A DNA stretch of 64,000 nucleotides, taken from an uncultured Planctomycetales bacterium (GTDB taxonomy: Bacteria > Omnitrophota > Gorgyraeia > Zapsychrales > Fredricksoniimonadaceae). Positions 28,501 to 36,487 of this stretch are shown here, piece by piece. A model generated the notes under the pieces. That model made no database searches, was not told the origin of the DNA, and saw nothing but the letters and a program-made list of their open reading frames with translations. Location of the stretch: contig CAYTIW010000002.1 of NCBI GenBank assembly GCA_964438075.1, positions 47,994-111,993 on the forward strand. Direction: 5' to 3'. How positions within the stretch are numbered: the stretch's first letter is position 1; every line of letters begins with the position of its first letter. A program made the translations under genes and the position numbers.

Positions 28501-31077
28501 CTTAACGAGATTAATATTGTTCGTGTTGTTTTCGAACAGGCTGTCCTTGATCCAGCTCTGGTAGTTCCCGTTACGGAGCGAGAATTCGATCAAAGAACCG
28601 TTGCGGTCGTTCCCGGACAGCTTAAGGCCAACGAAGCCTATTTGCGAACCCATTCCCGGAACGGAGATTGCTGCCGCATTATCATCCGAGTCGATTATCT
28701 CTACATCACGCAACAGCACCGCGATAAAGTCCGGGGCGGCATGCAGCACTTTCCCTGAAAAGGCCTGTCCTTTCTTTGTCAGTATCATGTGTTCGATCAG
28801 AGAAACGGCGCTTGGCCCGGGGAATCCTTCCTGGACAATACTGACCAGAGTATCGGTGCCGTCCGGGTCTAATATCACCGGCTTGCTCTGGGCCGGATTA
28901 CCCATCAACCTGACCCCTACCGGCAAGGTCAGGTTCTCCTGATATGTACCGCTGTTGACGCGCACCACCTTGGTGGTAGTGTTCTTGGCCACGTCGATCG
29001 CCTGCTGGATGGTGGGATAATCCTGAGGGACGCGCACTATGTCGAATAACGGGAAATAGGAAGCGCCAATATCCCTGATCGTTCCGTCTGGATCGGGACT
29101 GTCCGCCGGGTCGCCGCCGTTAACACAGAGTGAGGTGTTTATAAGCTTGGACTCGTTGTCCACGAATTCACGGTCCCAAACGATACCAGGCCCCGTTCCC
29201 TTGAAACTGGCTGGTACCAGTGAATACGAAACATCCATATTGGATAGATAACCTCCATTGGTAGGCTGTCCCATCTGTCCCCGTCCAACAATCGTATTGG
29301 ACATCCTTCCTTTGACCGGATTTGGGAAGACACCTTCCATCATCATGGCATACATGATTGTACAGTTCTTGAATCGCAGCCTCGGTGTACCAATGCCGAC
29401 GATCTTGGAATTGATATAACAGTATTCAAAATCAGCGGCCAGCTCATCCCCGTCCGCGTTGATCTCCAACTGCACGGAACTGAAACGCCAATCGTTCGGC
29501 GGCGGGGAGAAACGGACAGGGTTGTCCACTGTCCCCTTGGCCACCAACCTCCCGCCTGGCTGTATCGATATCTTGCCTCCATAGAAATCGCTCAGGACAG
29601 TAACTCCCGGCTGCAACACCAATGTTGTGCCAGCAGGTATGATCAGATCCATGCTCATCACGTAATAACCCGGCGGCAAGGTCATGGTGTTGCCGTTAAT
29701 GATAAAATCGGAAGTCTCCAGATAATTTGTGTCGGAGACCACCAGACTGGCGTTAGCTGTACCGTAAACGACATCCCCGCTGGAAACATCCTTTATGTCA
29801 AAACTTATGGAATAGGTTCCCGCCGGCAACCCATCCGGAGGGAGGAAAGATACCGTTATCTCTCCGTCAGCATTACCGCTTAACGGTGAGACTGAAACAT
29901 AGCTGCCCAATTCCGGGGCGCTGAAAGAGACCGGTCCAACTGCCCACTGGCAGCCATTAAATGACTGGACGGATATCCGAAGGGGGTCAAGCTGGCCGGT
30001 ACCAGTATCCAGATTGTAATTGCGCTGCCCGGAAAGAAGATTGCGGTCGACGTAGATCCTGGGGCTCTCCAGGAAATCCTGGCTGGTCAACTTCAGATAG
30101 GGGTCGCCGAGCAGGATATCCTGTCCCGCGAAACGATGGATATCGCCGATGCTGGGATACCCGTATTGCATAAAAGTACGGACGAACCTTTTGGCAAAAT
30201 CGCTGTCGCTGTGGGGCTCGCCTTTACCGGCAATGGCAGAATAATAGGTCCGGTGGTTTATGTAGGTGACTCTGGGGTCATCGTTTACTCCTGACCAAAA
30301 GGCGGCCGAGGAACAGCCAAAGGCGTGATAGAACGGGGACATCGTGGTGTTCAAATTGGCGTAAGCGTACCTATTCATACCGCAGCCATAGCCATGGCTG
30401 GTATTCATGTGGATGCTGGATTGGCCGACCACATCCCGAAGCTGAAAGTCGGTGAGAGTGCAGCAGGTTGTCCCCACTTCCAGGTATGGCGACACGATCC
30501 TGCGTACTTCGTCGGCGGTATAGAAATTATCCCCGCCATAACACTCGATGAACATGTTTATCCGGTCCTCTCCTGATGGGATGAGAAAGCCGCCCGAGCC
30601 TCCCGGCAGTATTTTTTGATAGTAATTCTCAATATCCGTGACAGTGTTGGCAGGCAAACGCCCAATGGCAATCTCCGGTCCGGCAAAGAAGGAAGTATAA
30701 AATTGGTCGGAGGTGGCGGATATTACCAGACTGCCGTTCATGACCGGGTTGATAAGAGGTATCTTGGTATAGCCCCCCACCAAGAAAATATATTCTGTCC
30801 CCCACCCCGCGGGTTCTTGCGGATAAAGCGTGTTCTGAAAATAAGCCTTGATCTCCTGCCAGGTGGGCTGGCCAGGCAGAACGGCCGGGATCTCGTCAAG
30901 TGTAACTACTCTGGCCTGGTGGTCGGCATCATAGGAACGAAGAGCGCGGATAGGCTCAACCGCCGTTCGCCATTCGGGCCTGGTCACGATCACATAATAA
31001 TATTCAGCGGCGAAAGCAGGCCCGGCCCACAATAAAACCACTAATAAAAGGCTGAAAAAGAACGCTATTTTTTTCAT
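25576..31077 (-). CDS. Giant secreted clan-CD cysteine peptidase (C25/gingipain-like) with beta-helix, Ig-like/FN3-like domains and six CARDB repeats
   Basis: Signal peptide. The C25-like N-domain (YYYVIVTRPEWRTAVEPIRALRSYDADHQARVVTLDEI...YIFLVGGYTKIPL) carries a His-Gly dyad in NTSHGYGCG (~30370-30400) and a catalytic-Cys candidate in HAFGCSSAAF (~30313). An NxT-rich right-handed beta-helix segment follows. An He_PIG-like Ig domain (VNQAPVLNTIGNKTVNEGQTLNFSVYASDPDGDTVTYS) is present. Six tandem CARDB-like repeats (DLxxxxxxxP...TVKNQG...F.V..YLS.D..IT..D..LG...V..L...)  occupy ~25576-27400. Confidence 0.75.
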   Translation of the reverse strand: MKKIAFFFSLLLVVLLWAGPAFAAEYYYVIVTRPEWRTAVEPIRALRSYDADHQARVVTLDEIPAVLPGQPTWQEIKAYFQNTLYPQEPAGWGTEYIFLVGGYTKIPLINPVMNGSLVISATSDQFYTSFFAGPEIAIGRLPANTVTDIENYYQKILPGGSGGFLIPSGEDRINMFIECYGGDNFYTADEVRRIVSPYLEVGTTCCTLTDFQLRDVVGQSSIHMNTSHGYGCGMNRYAYANLNTTMSPFYHAFGCSSAAFWSGVNDDPRVTYINHRTYYSAIAGKGEPHSDSDFAKRFVRTFMQYGYPSIGDIHRFAGQDILLGDPYLKLTSQDFLESPRIYVDRNLLSGQRNYNLDTGTGQLDPLRISVQSFNGCQWAVGPVSFSAPELGSYVSVSPLSGNADGEITVSFLPPDGLPAGTYSISFDIKDVSSGDVVYGTANASLVVSDTNYLETSDFIINGNTMTLPPGYYVMSMDLIIPAGTTLVLQPGVTVLSDFYGGKISIQPGGRLVAKGTVDNPVRFSPPPNDWRFSSVQLEINADGDELAADFEYCYINSKIVGIGTPRLRFKNCTIMYAMMMEGVFPNPVKGRMSNTIVGRGQMGQPTNGGYLSNMDVSYSLVPASFKGTGPGIVWDREFVDNESKLINTSLCVNGGDPADSPDPDGTIRDIGASYFPLFDIVRVPQDYPTIQQAIDVAKNTTTKVVRVNSGTYQENLTLPVGVRLMGNPAQSKPVILDPDGTDTLVSIVQEGFPGPSAVSLIEHMILTKKGQAFSGKVLHAAPDFIAVLLRDVEIIDSDDNAAAISVPGMGSQIGFVGLKLSGNDRNGSLIEFSLRNGNYQSWIKDSLFENNTNNINLVKLDVDSWMGNLILNNALIRNNTGGKMFANTSVVQRMETGSDISTLLVERSILSDNNATEIMAAQYGYTRIDSSVLANNGTSNPLVIRSNDNSVSEFHNSIVWNNTLTFSTAPGATVKASYNDINSSHPGVGAGNINADPLFVDMANGDFHIERNSPCVNTGDPLSAVPLNGGTAIDMGKHEVPQDLTPPSVPVVTDSGDQTHSATQLSAQWHSEDLDTGVAEYQYQIRSAAVDGPIVRDWTPVTAEAVSAMDLNLTAGQIYFFCVKAKNQAEVWSGTGYSDGIQYVNQAPVLNTIGNKTVNEGQTLNFSVYASDPDGDTVTYSASGLPSGAVFNSSSGAFSWTPNYNQAGNYPVTIAATDGTLTDSENITITVNDIPSVDLILTALSTTTANVAKGSYLSLSNTVKNQGTSAAAAFVIEFHLSADNTYGGSDDVVLTPTRSVSSLAAGASSGTSTSVLIPATAVEGAYFLCAKADSGAVVNESAEDNNTRCTATPVQVSSADLVMNTLGNPPASFQSGTYMIMSSSVKNQGTGTSSSFYVGYYLSDDAVITTSDRYLGNAYISSLGGGAIANQSPSILIPATIPAGNYYLGAIADYNNTRPESNEANNMAASVTQVSLSSGVDLAITAFQAPTSYVSGTTMSFTDTVKNQGPGRTGTFYVAYYLSLDANITTSDTYLGRRSVSVLLPDATSTATTTLSNIVVTPGTYYVGAIADYNNAQAESNETNNLSAVLSMPVTPGEDMVMTTVGGPAGAVTGGPLTLTDTVKNQGPGKGGSFYVGLYLSSDAIITTSDTRVGSRSVSALNSQASSSGSTTVTLSTTLSPGTYYIGVLADYSNARVEQDESNNALAGPQIVITPGPDLVVSSVSGPATGTRGSSIAINDSVRNQGSGNCSSFYVAYYLSTDVVINTSDRYLGRRSVSSLNVGQTSSATTSVTLSTSIPVGTYYIGAIVDYLNSRPEQNETNNSLAGNPITIN

Positions 31078-31964
31078 GGCGCAACTCCTTTGTGCCGGGC
31101 GTCCACGATGTATGTCGAGAGTTCCTCATCGTTGACCACCATACGCTTAATAAGTGTTAGATCTTTTTCTTTTGTACGCAGATAGATCTCCGGGATACGC
31201 TTCTCCGGAGGGTCTGCCTGCAAACGGATATGTCCTTTGGCCAGAGAGAAAGACAATAATTCTCTTGTCAGCGGGTGATACTTAAATGGTTTTATCTTCA
31301 AAGACAGGATTCGGTATCCCATATGGATTTGCTCATCGAATTCGTAGTTAAGGGGCGGATAATATCCCGGGGCTCCGTATATGGTTTCATCTTCCCTTAA
31401 GGACGCCTCCCATTTATTCTTCAGTTCTGGATCCTGGAGATCGGTGAAAGATATCTTGCCGGGTATGAAATTGAGACCTTCCGGGAGGTCCATTCTCCGG
31501 CTTTGATAAAAATCCAGACTTCCATCGAGAAAAGAATATCCTTTGGGAAGCAGTATGTAATATTCGATATACGGGATCGCCGGGGCACCGGCCGGTTCAT
31601 CCGCTATAGCCGCTCCTTCAAGATGGATGACGTTACGGGTGGACATTTTTCCCCTGATCATGAATTGGGAGGCGCCGATATCCGCCGGAGGAAAAGAGGC
31701 GGAGAGATCGAAAACTATTGTATCATCCGATCTTGGCAGGGCATCGTTGGGGGCAACGAGAGAGGGCGGGTCCTTTTTTGCAGAAATAGCTTGAGAGTAA
31801 TTCAAAAGTATCTGCTTTCCTCCCTCCGGTGGAATTCTTTTGACAGTCAGGTCGGCATTAGATATTGAACATGGAAGGAAGAGGTTAAATAGTAGGAAGT
31901 AAACACTGCTAAGGAATGGGCGCTTCTTAAAAGAGAATTCGGCAAAGGCATTGATTGATAACAT
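31074..31964 (-). CDS. Secreted 296-aa protein translationally coupled to the C25 peptidase (possible trans-encoded propeptide/chaperone-like partner)
   Basis: Its stop overlaps the ATG of the peptidase gene as ATGA at 31074-31077. N-terminal hydrophobic signal-like segment. No catalytic motif recognised. Confidence 0.45.
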   Translation of the reverse strand: MLSINAFAEFSFKKRPFLSSVYFLLFNLFLPCSISNADLTVKRIPPEGGKQILLNYSQAISAKKDPPSLVAPNDALPRSDDTIVFDLSASFPPADIGASQFMIRGKMSTRNVIHLEGAAIADEPAGAPAIPYIEYYILLPKGYSFLDGSLDFYQSRRMDLPEGLNFIPGKISFTDLQDPELKNKWEASLREDETIYGAPGYYPPLNYEFDEQIHMGYRILSLKIKPFKYHPLTRELLSFSLAKGHIRLQADPPEKRIPEIYLRTKEKDLTLIKRMVVNDEELSTYIVDARHKGVAP

Positions 31965-32110
31965 ATCAACTGATCGAATTTACCTTTAATTCTAGAATCT
32001 CTATTTATGTGGAAATATGTTATAAGTATAGATAAGAACGATTAAAAAGACAAGGAACATGTATAAGACTGAAATAAAGCCTTAGATCAGGCAGAGGCAC
32101 ATTACCTGAA

Positions 32111-33268
32111 TCATTCCGGGTTCCGCAAAGTGGTTATAACCGAACTAGGATAATAGAACGACAAGATCTTTTTATAATCGTAACGCAATTTGGCCATGCC
32201 ATAGGCACCCCATTGGCACATACCCACACCGTGTCCCCAGCCCAGTCCCTCGAAATCGACGTACCATCCCTTCATAACTATTTCGTATTTGTTGCTGCGC
32301 AGGATGTTGGGACCTAGAATGTCCCGGAAGGACTTGCCATTGATCGTTTTGACCGAACCGTCGCGTGCGGTAAGCTGCAGGTTGCGTACCCGCCCGCTTT
32401 TGTTGCGTTCAACCACCTTTATCTCCTGAATATCTCCAATAGCCACTCCGGCCTTGTTAAGCTTTTGCTGGATGTCTTTGAGACGAAAATTGCGGCGCCA
32501 CTTGTAATGGGGGGAATTTACCGAGAAAGGAGAATCAACGCCTCCTTTCAAAGGCGGAAGGTCGATGTCCCAAAGTTCATTTGCGTCCTCGGTTATCCCA
32601 CCGCAGTTAGCATGGAAGAAGGCGGGAAAGACCTTCCCTTTGTATGTCAGTACCTCTCCCTTCGTCCTGCGCACCGCCAGATTGGTACGGTAACGTTCAG
32701 CGGAACGGCCGCCGTATACCTGAGAATATATATCACTGGTCAGGTCGTAATCACGTCCGGCATATTGCTGCATGGAATATACGGCGTAAGTCCGAGTAGC
32801 GACTGCCTGCGCCTGGATAGCTTCCAGCGGCCACTTGTCGGATATTTCGTGGTGCAGGACCCCACGGACGTATTCTTCGAGTTCAATAGAGTTAATGACC
32901 GTGATCGACTTGCCCGAGTTGTTGATCAAGGTTATCTGGCCGCGGTAATTGCGGTTATTGAGGGACATTATCGCGTCGCTGCGTGGTATTACCGTAACAC
33001 GTTGAGCCTCATAATACGAATCTCCGACTTTGATGGCACCGCCTTTAAGTGACACCGCCACCGGGCGCAGGCGCATTCCGACGTTGAGCCTTTTTCCAGA
33101 GTTCTGGTCTATGACCTCGTACCGGCCGTCAATGGTCAGCGTGCAATGGGTAACATCGCGCAGGATAGCTACCCGAACCAAAGTCAAATCAGCGCACTCG
33201 CCTGGTCCAGCGGCAAGAAATAACGCGGTTATAAAGACAAATATGCTTCGCTTCATTTTTTTGGCCAA
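32111..33268 (-). CDS. SpoIID/LytB-domain protein (lytic transglycosylase / amidase-enhancer family)
   Basis: Signal peptide. The signature SIELEEYVRGVLHHEISDKWPLEAIQAQAVATRTYAV matches the SpoIID family. The HANCGGITE segment (also SpoIID-like) is also present. Confidence 0.75.
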   Translation of the reverse strand: MAKKMKRSIFVFITALFLAAGPGECADLTLVRVAILRDVTHCTLTIDGRYEVIDQNSGKRLNVGMRLRPVAVSLKGGAIKVGDSYYEAQRVTVIPRSDAIMSLNNRNYRGQITLINNSGKSITVINSIELEEYVRGVLHHEISDKWPLEAIQAQAVATRTYAVYSMQQYAGRDYDLTSDIYSQVYGGRSAERYRTNLAVRRTKGEVLTYKGKVFPAFFHANCGGITEDANELWDIDLPPLKGGVDSPFSVNSPHYKWRRNFRLKDIQQKLNKAGVAIGDIQEIKVVERNKSGRVRNLQLTARDGSVKTINGKSFRDILGPNILRSNKYEIVMKGWYVDFEGLGWGHGVGMCQWGAYGMAKLRYDYKKILSFYYPSSVITTLRNPE

Positions 33269-33477
33269 AGGTTAAGGATGATCGTCAAGATTATACTGAT
33301 GATGATACAGGTAACGATAGGGAAATAAAAAGTATTGTTCCCTTTTTGGATGAAAATATCACCCGGGAGCCTGCCGAGCCCGGGGATCCTTGATAAGAAC
33401 ATTGCCATGGCACCGACAAAGATCAACGCCAACCCTGAGATTATAAGTAATTTTGCGATATCAGCCATTATTGCCAC
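33253..33477 (-). CDS. DUF2905-like small membrane protein
   Basis: 74 aa with two TM helices and the LPGDIFIQKGNNTFYFPI motif. Confidence 0.5.
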   Translation of the reverse strand: MAIMADIAKLLIISGLALIFVGAMAMFLSRIPGLGRLPGDIFIQKGNNTFYFPIVTCIIISIILTIILNLWPKK

Positions 33478-33557
33478 CTGTTAACATTTATACTAGCCCT
33501 GCAACAAACTGGCAGACACGGTCCCAGAGCAATTATTTATAATATATGATCATCCTC

Positions 33558-34604
33558 TCAGGCCTGGAACAGATCCCCGCCTGCCTGGCGGCTAGCATAA
33601 AAACCAAGATGCCGACGGGCTTTCTCGGTCAGCTCACGGCCTCGCGAAGTACGGCGCAGGAATCCCGCCTTCAGAAGATAAGGCTCCACCACATCGACGA
33701 TAGTATCGACCTCTTCGTTCAAAGTCGCGGCCAAAGCCTCTATTCCCACAGGCCCGTCTTGATAAGTGTCATGGATGACCTTGAGCGTTTTGCGGGAGAA
33801 TTCGTCCATGCCCTCGGAATCGACCTTGAGACGGTCCATGGCGGTCAAAACCAACGGCAGTTCTATACGGGTGGAAAGTCCTGGCCCCGCCTCCAACTGG
33901 GCGAAATCGCGTACACGTTTGAGCAAACGTATTGAAATACGCGGGGTCCCGCGGGAACGGCGCGCTATTTCCAATGCCGCATCAGGTTCAACTGTAACCC
34001 CCAGCTTACGGGCGGCATTACCGATGATGGCCGCGAGGTCCTCCGGTTCGTAGAAATCCAGATGATGCAATATGCCGAAACGGTCGCGCAAAGGAGAGGC
34101 CAATAACCCGCTCCGGGTCGTAGCTCCGATCAACGTGAAAGGCTTGAGGTTAAAATTGATAGTTTTCGCATAAGGACCTTTATCGACAATGAAGTCGATC
34201 TTGAAATTCTCCATCGCTGGATAAAGGAATTCTTCGACCGATTTGGCCAGGCGGTGGATCTCATCGATAAAAAGGATGTCACCCTTCTCGAGGTTGGTTA
34301 GTATGCCGATGAAATCACCTGCCCGCTGGATGGCCGGCCCTGAGGTGTAAGTCAAACGGCTCTTCATTTCATGGGCTATGATATGGGCCAGCGATGTTTT
34401 CCCCAATCCGGGAGGGCCAGAAAAGAGCATGTGCTCCAGAGGCTCCCCGCGCTGTTTGGCAGCCGCTATCGACACCTTGATATTGTCAATAAGGTCCTTT
34501 TGGCCGATGAAATCTGTCAGGCGTTCCGGACGCACGGAAAGACTGGTGATAACATCTTCTTCAGTTTCTTGATTAAGTATTATCTTTTTGAGTTCGTCCA
34601 TCAA
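33558..34604 (-). CDS. ruvB: Holliday junction branch migration ATPase RuvB
   Basis: LFSGPPGLGKTSLAHIIAHEM is the Walker A. DILFIDEIHRL is the Walker B. Length and order are RuvB-typical. Confidence 0.9.
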   Translation of the reverse strand: MMDELKKIILNQETEEDVITSLSVRPERLTDFIGQKDLIDNIKVSIAAAKQRGEPLEHMLFSGPPGLGKTSLAHIIAHEMKSRLTYTSGPAIQRAGDFIGILTNLEKGDILFIDEIHRLAKSVEEFLYPAMENFKIDFIVDKGPYAKTINFNLKPFTLIGATTRSGLLASPLRDRFGILHHLDFYEPEDLAAIIGNAARKLGVTVEPDAALEIARRSRGTPRISIRLLKRVRDFAQLEAGPGLSTRIELPLVLTAMDRLKVDSEGMDEFSRKTLKVIHDTYQDGPVGIEALAATLNEEVDTIVDVVEPYLLKAGFLRRTSRGRELTEKARRHLGFYASRQAGGDLFQA

Positions 34605-34659
34605 CCAACCTCAATTCAGGAAGGGGATCACATGGGTTGACAAAAAGCGCCTTTATGGA

Positions 34660-35481
34660 TCATCCGGAGGATGTTCCCGGCCCCCCAGTCGTCGAGGAGC
34701 CCCCCGTAGCCACCTGGCCCGCCGGAGGCTCATCCATCGCAGGACGAGGCCGGACAACGATATTTTCCGTATTGCGGACCAATTCGATCTCGGAAAACAA
34801 CCTGCGCTGGACCACCTGCAGCTCGCGCATACGGCACAACTCCAGCACTGCCATGAAGGTCACGATCACCTCCATTTTATTACGGGCGTTCTCAAAAAGC
34901 TCATTCAATAATATACGAGGGCGTTCGACCAGGACGTGCAGAATAAGATGCACCTTTTCTTCGACGGTGTACTCCTCCTTTACGACTTCATATTCGCCTT
35001 TATCAGGCTTGGCCAATAACGCCCTGCTCAAGGCTGTTACCAGGTCAAAAAGGTTGGCCTCGAAATAGACTTCTTTAGCCTCTTCCTTGATCTCGCCGAG
35101 GGCCTGCTCGTCCAGGTGGCGGGCGAAAAGTTCGGAGCGTTTTTCAGCCCGTGATCGCAGCTCTTCAGCCGCTTCCTGTATGCGCTGGTATTCTTCCAAG
35201 CGCCGGACAAGGTCAGCACGAGGGTCCTCGGGCTGGATGATTTCGTTAGGGTCCGGCGGCAGGAGCATCCTGGATTTTATCCGCATCAGTTCAGCCGCCA
35301 TCACCAAAAAGTCGCCGATGCCGTCCAGGTCCATCAATTTCATCATTTCGATATATTCGATGTACTGGTCGGTTATTTGGGATATGGGGATATCGTAGAT
35401 ATCGATCTCGTTCTTCTTGATCAGATAAACGAGAAGGTCCAGGGGGCCTTCGAACATGTCAAGCTGGAGTTTGTAGCTCAT
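34660..35481 (-). CDS. scpA: Segregation and condensation protein A
   Basis: The N-terminus MFEGPLDLLVYLIKKNEIDIYDIPISQITDQY is the ScpA signature. Confidence 0.8.
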   Translation of the reverse strand: MSYKLQLDMFEGPLDLLVYLIKKNEIDIYDIPISQITDQYIEYIEMMKLMDLDGIGDFLVMAAELMRIKSRMLLPPDPNEIIQPEDPRADLVRRLEEYQRIQEAAEELRSRAEKRSELFARHLDEQALGEIKEEAKEVYFEANLFDLVTALSRALLAKPDKGEYEVVKEEYTVEEKVHLILHVLVERPRILLNELFENARNKMEVIVTFMAVLELCRMRELQVVQRRLFSEIELVRNTENIVVRPRPAMDEPPAGQVATGGSSTTGGPGTSSG

Positions 35482-35506
35482 AGGCAGTTCGAGAAGAGTG
35501 ACTTGA

Positions 35507-36487
35507 TCAGCGGAATACCGCTTTCCTGACTTCCTGCATGGTTATCACGGCTTTCTCCTTGGCCCGGGAAGCTCCTTGTTTAAGAATGGCATCAATATAA
35601 CCGCGGTCAGCCATTATCTTCTCGCGCTTCTCCCGGATAGGCCGCAGATAGCTGGTCAGCTGTTCGGCCAGGATACTTTTACATTCCGTGCAACCTTTCT
35701 TGGCTCCTTCGCACCAATCACGCACCTCTGCGTCCCGCCCCGGTATAAAGGCCTTGAAGTAACTGAAAACATTACACTCGTCCGGATGACCCGGTTCTTT
35801 CAGTCGCTGACGTTTGGGGTCGGTGAACATGTTCTTGACTTTGTTAACGATCTCGTCCGGCGTATCCGCCAGGTTGATGGTGTTCTGGTAGCTCTTGGAC
35901 ATCTTTCTCCCGTCGAGGCCTAACAAACGGGGAGTAGGAGTAAGAATGGCCTCGCAATCATGAAAGACCTCGCAGGAGTACATCCAGTTGAAACGGCGCG
36001 CTATCTCCCGGGTGAGCTCAAGATGCGGCAGCTGGTCTTCCCCGATAGGGACCGCGTGCGCTTTATATAGCAAGATATCCGCCGCCTGCAGGACCGGATA
36101 GCCAAGGAAGGCATAGGTCTGCAGGTCCCTCGTGGTGATCTCGCGCAGCTGTTCTTTATAGGTGGGGTTGCGTTCCAGCCAGCCCAGAGGAGTCAAGCAC
36201 GAAAGGAACATCTGCAATTCGAGGTGCTCAGGGACCTGCGACTGGACAAAAACGATCGAACGTTCAGGGTCAATACCGCAGGCGATCCAGTCCGCGGCCA
36301 TTTCATAGACATAGGAGGATATGTTCTCGCTGTGTTCATATTCCCCCATCAGCGCGTGCCAATCCACGATCGAATATACACACTGGTGGGTATCTTGGAA
36401 TTTGACCCAGTTCTGGAGGGCACCGACGAGATGCCCCAGATGGAGCTTCCCCGTCGGTCTCATGCCGCTGAAAACGGTCTTTGTCAT
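35507..36487 (-). CDS. trpS: Tryptophan--tRNA ligase
   Basis: Class I HIGH motif (TGKLHLGHLVG) and KMSKS. The start is taken at MTKTVFSG, whose ATG overlaps the infB stop as ATGA. Confidence 0.85.
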   Translation of the reverse strand: MTKTVFSGMRPTGKLHLGHLVGALQNWVKFQDTHQCVYSIVDWHALMGEYEHSENISSYVYEMAADWIACGIDPERSIVFVQSQVPEHLELQMFLSCLTPLGWLERNPTYKEQLREITTRDLQTYAFLGYPVLQAADILLYKAHAVPIGEDQLPHLELTREIARRFNWMYSCEVFHDCEAILTPTPRLLGLDGRKMSKSYQNTINLADTPDEIVNKVKNMFTDPKRQRLKEPGHPDECNVFSYFKAFIPGRDAEVRDWCEGAKKGCTECKSILAEQLTSYLRPIREKREKIMADRGYIDAILKQGASRAKEKAVITMQEVRKAVFR

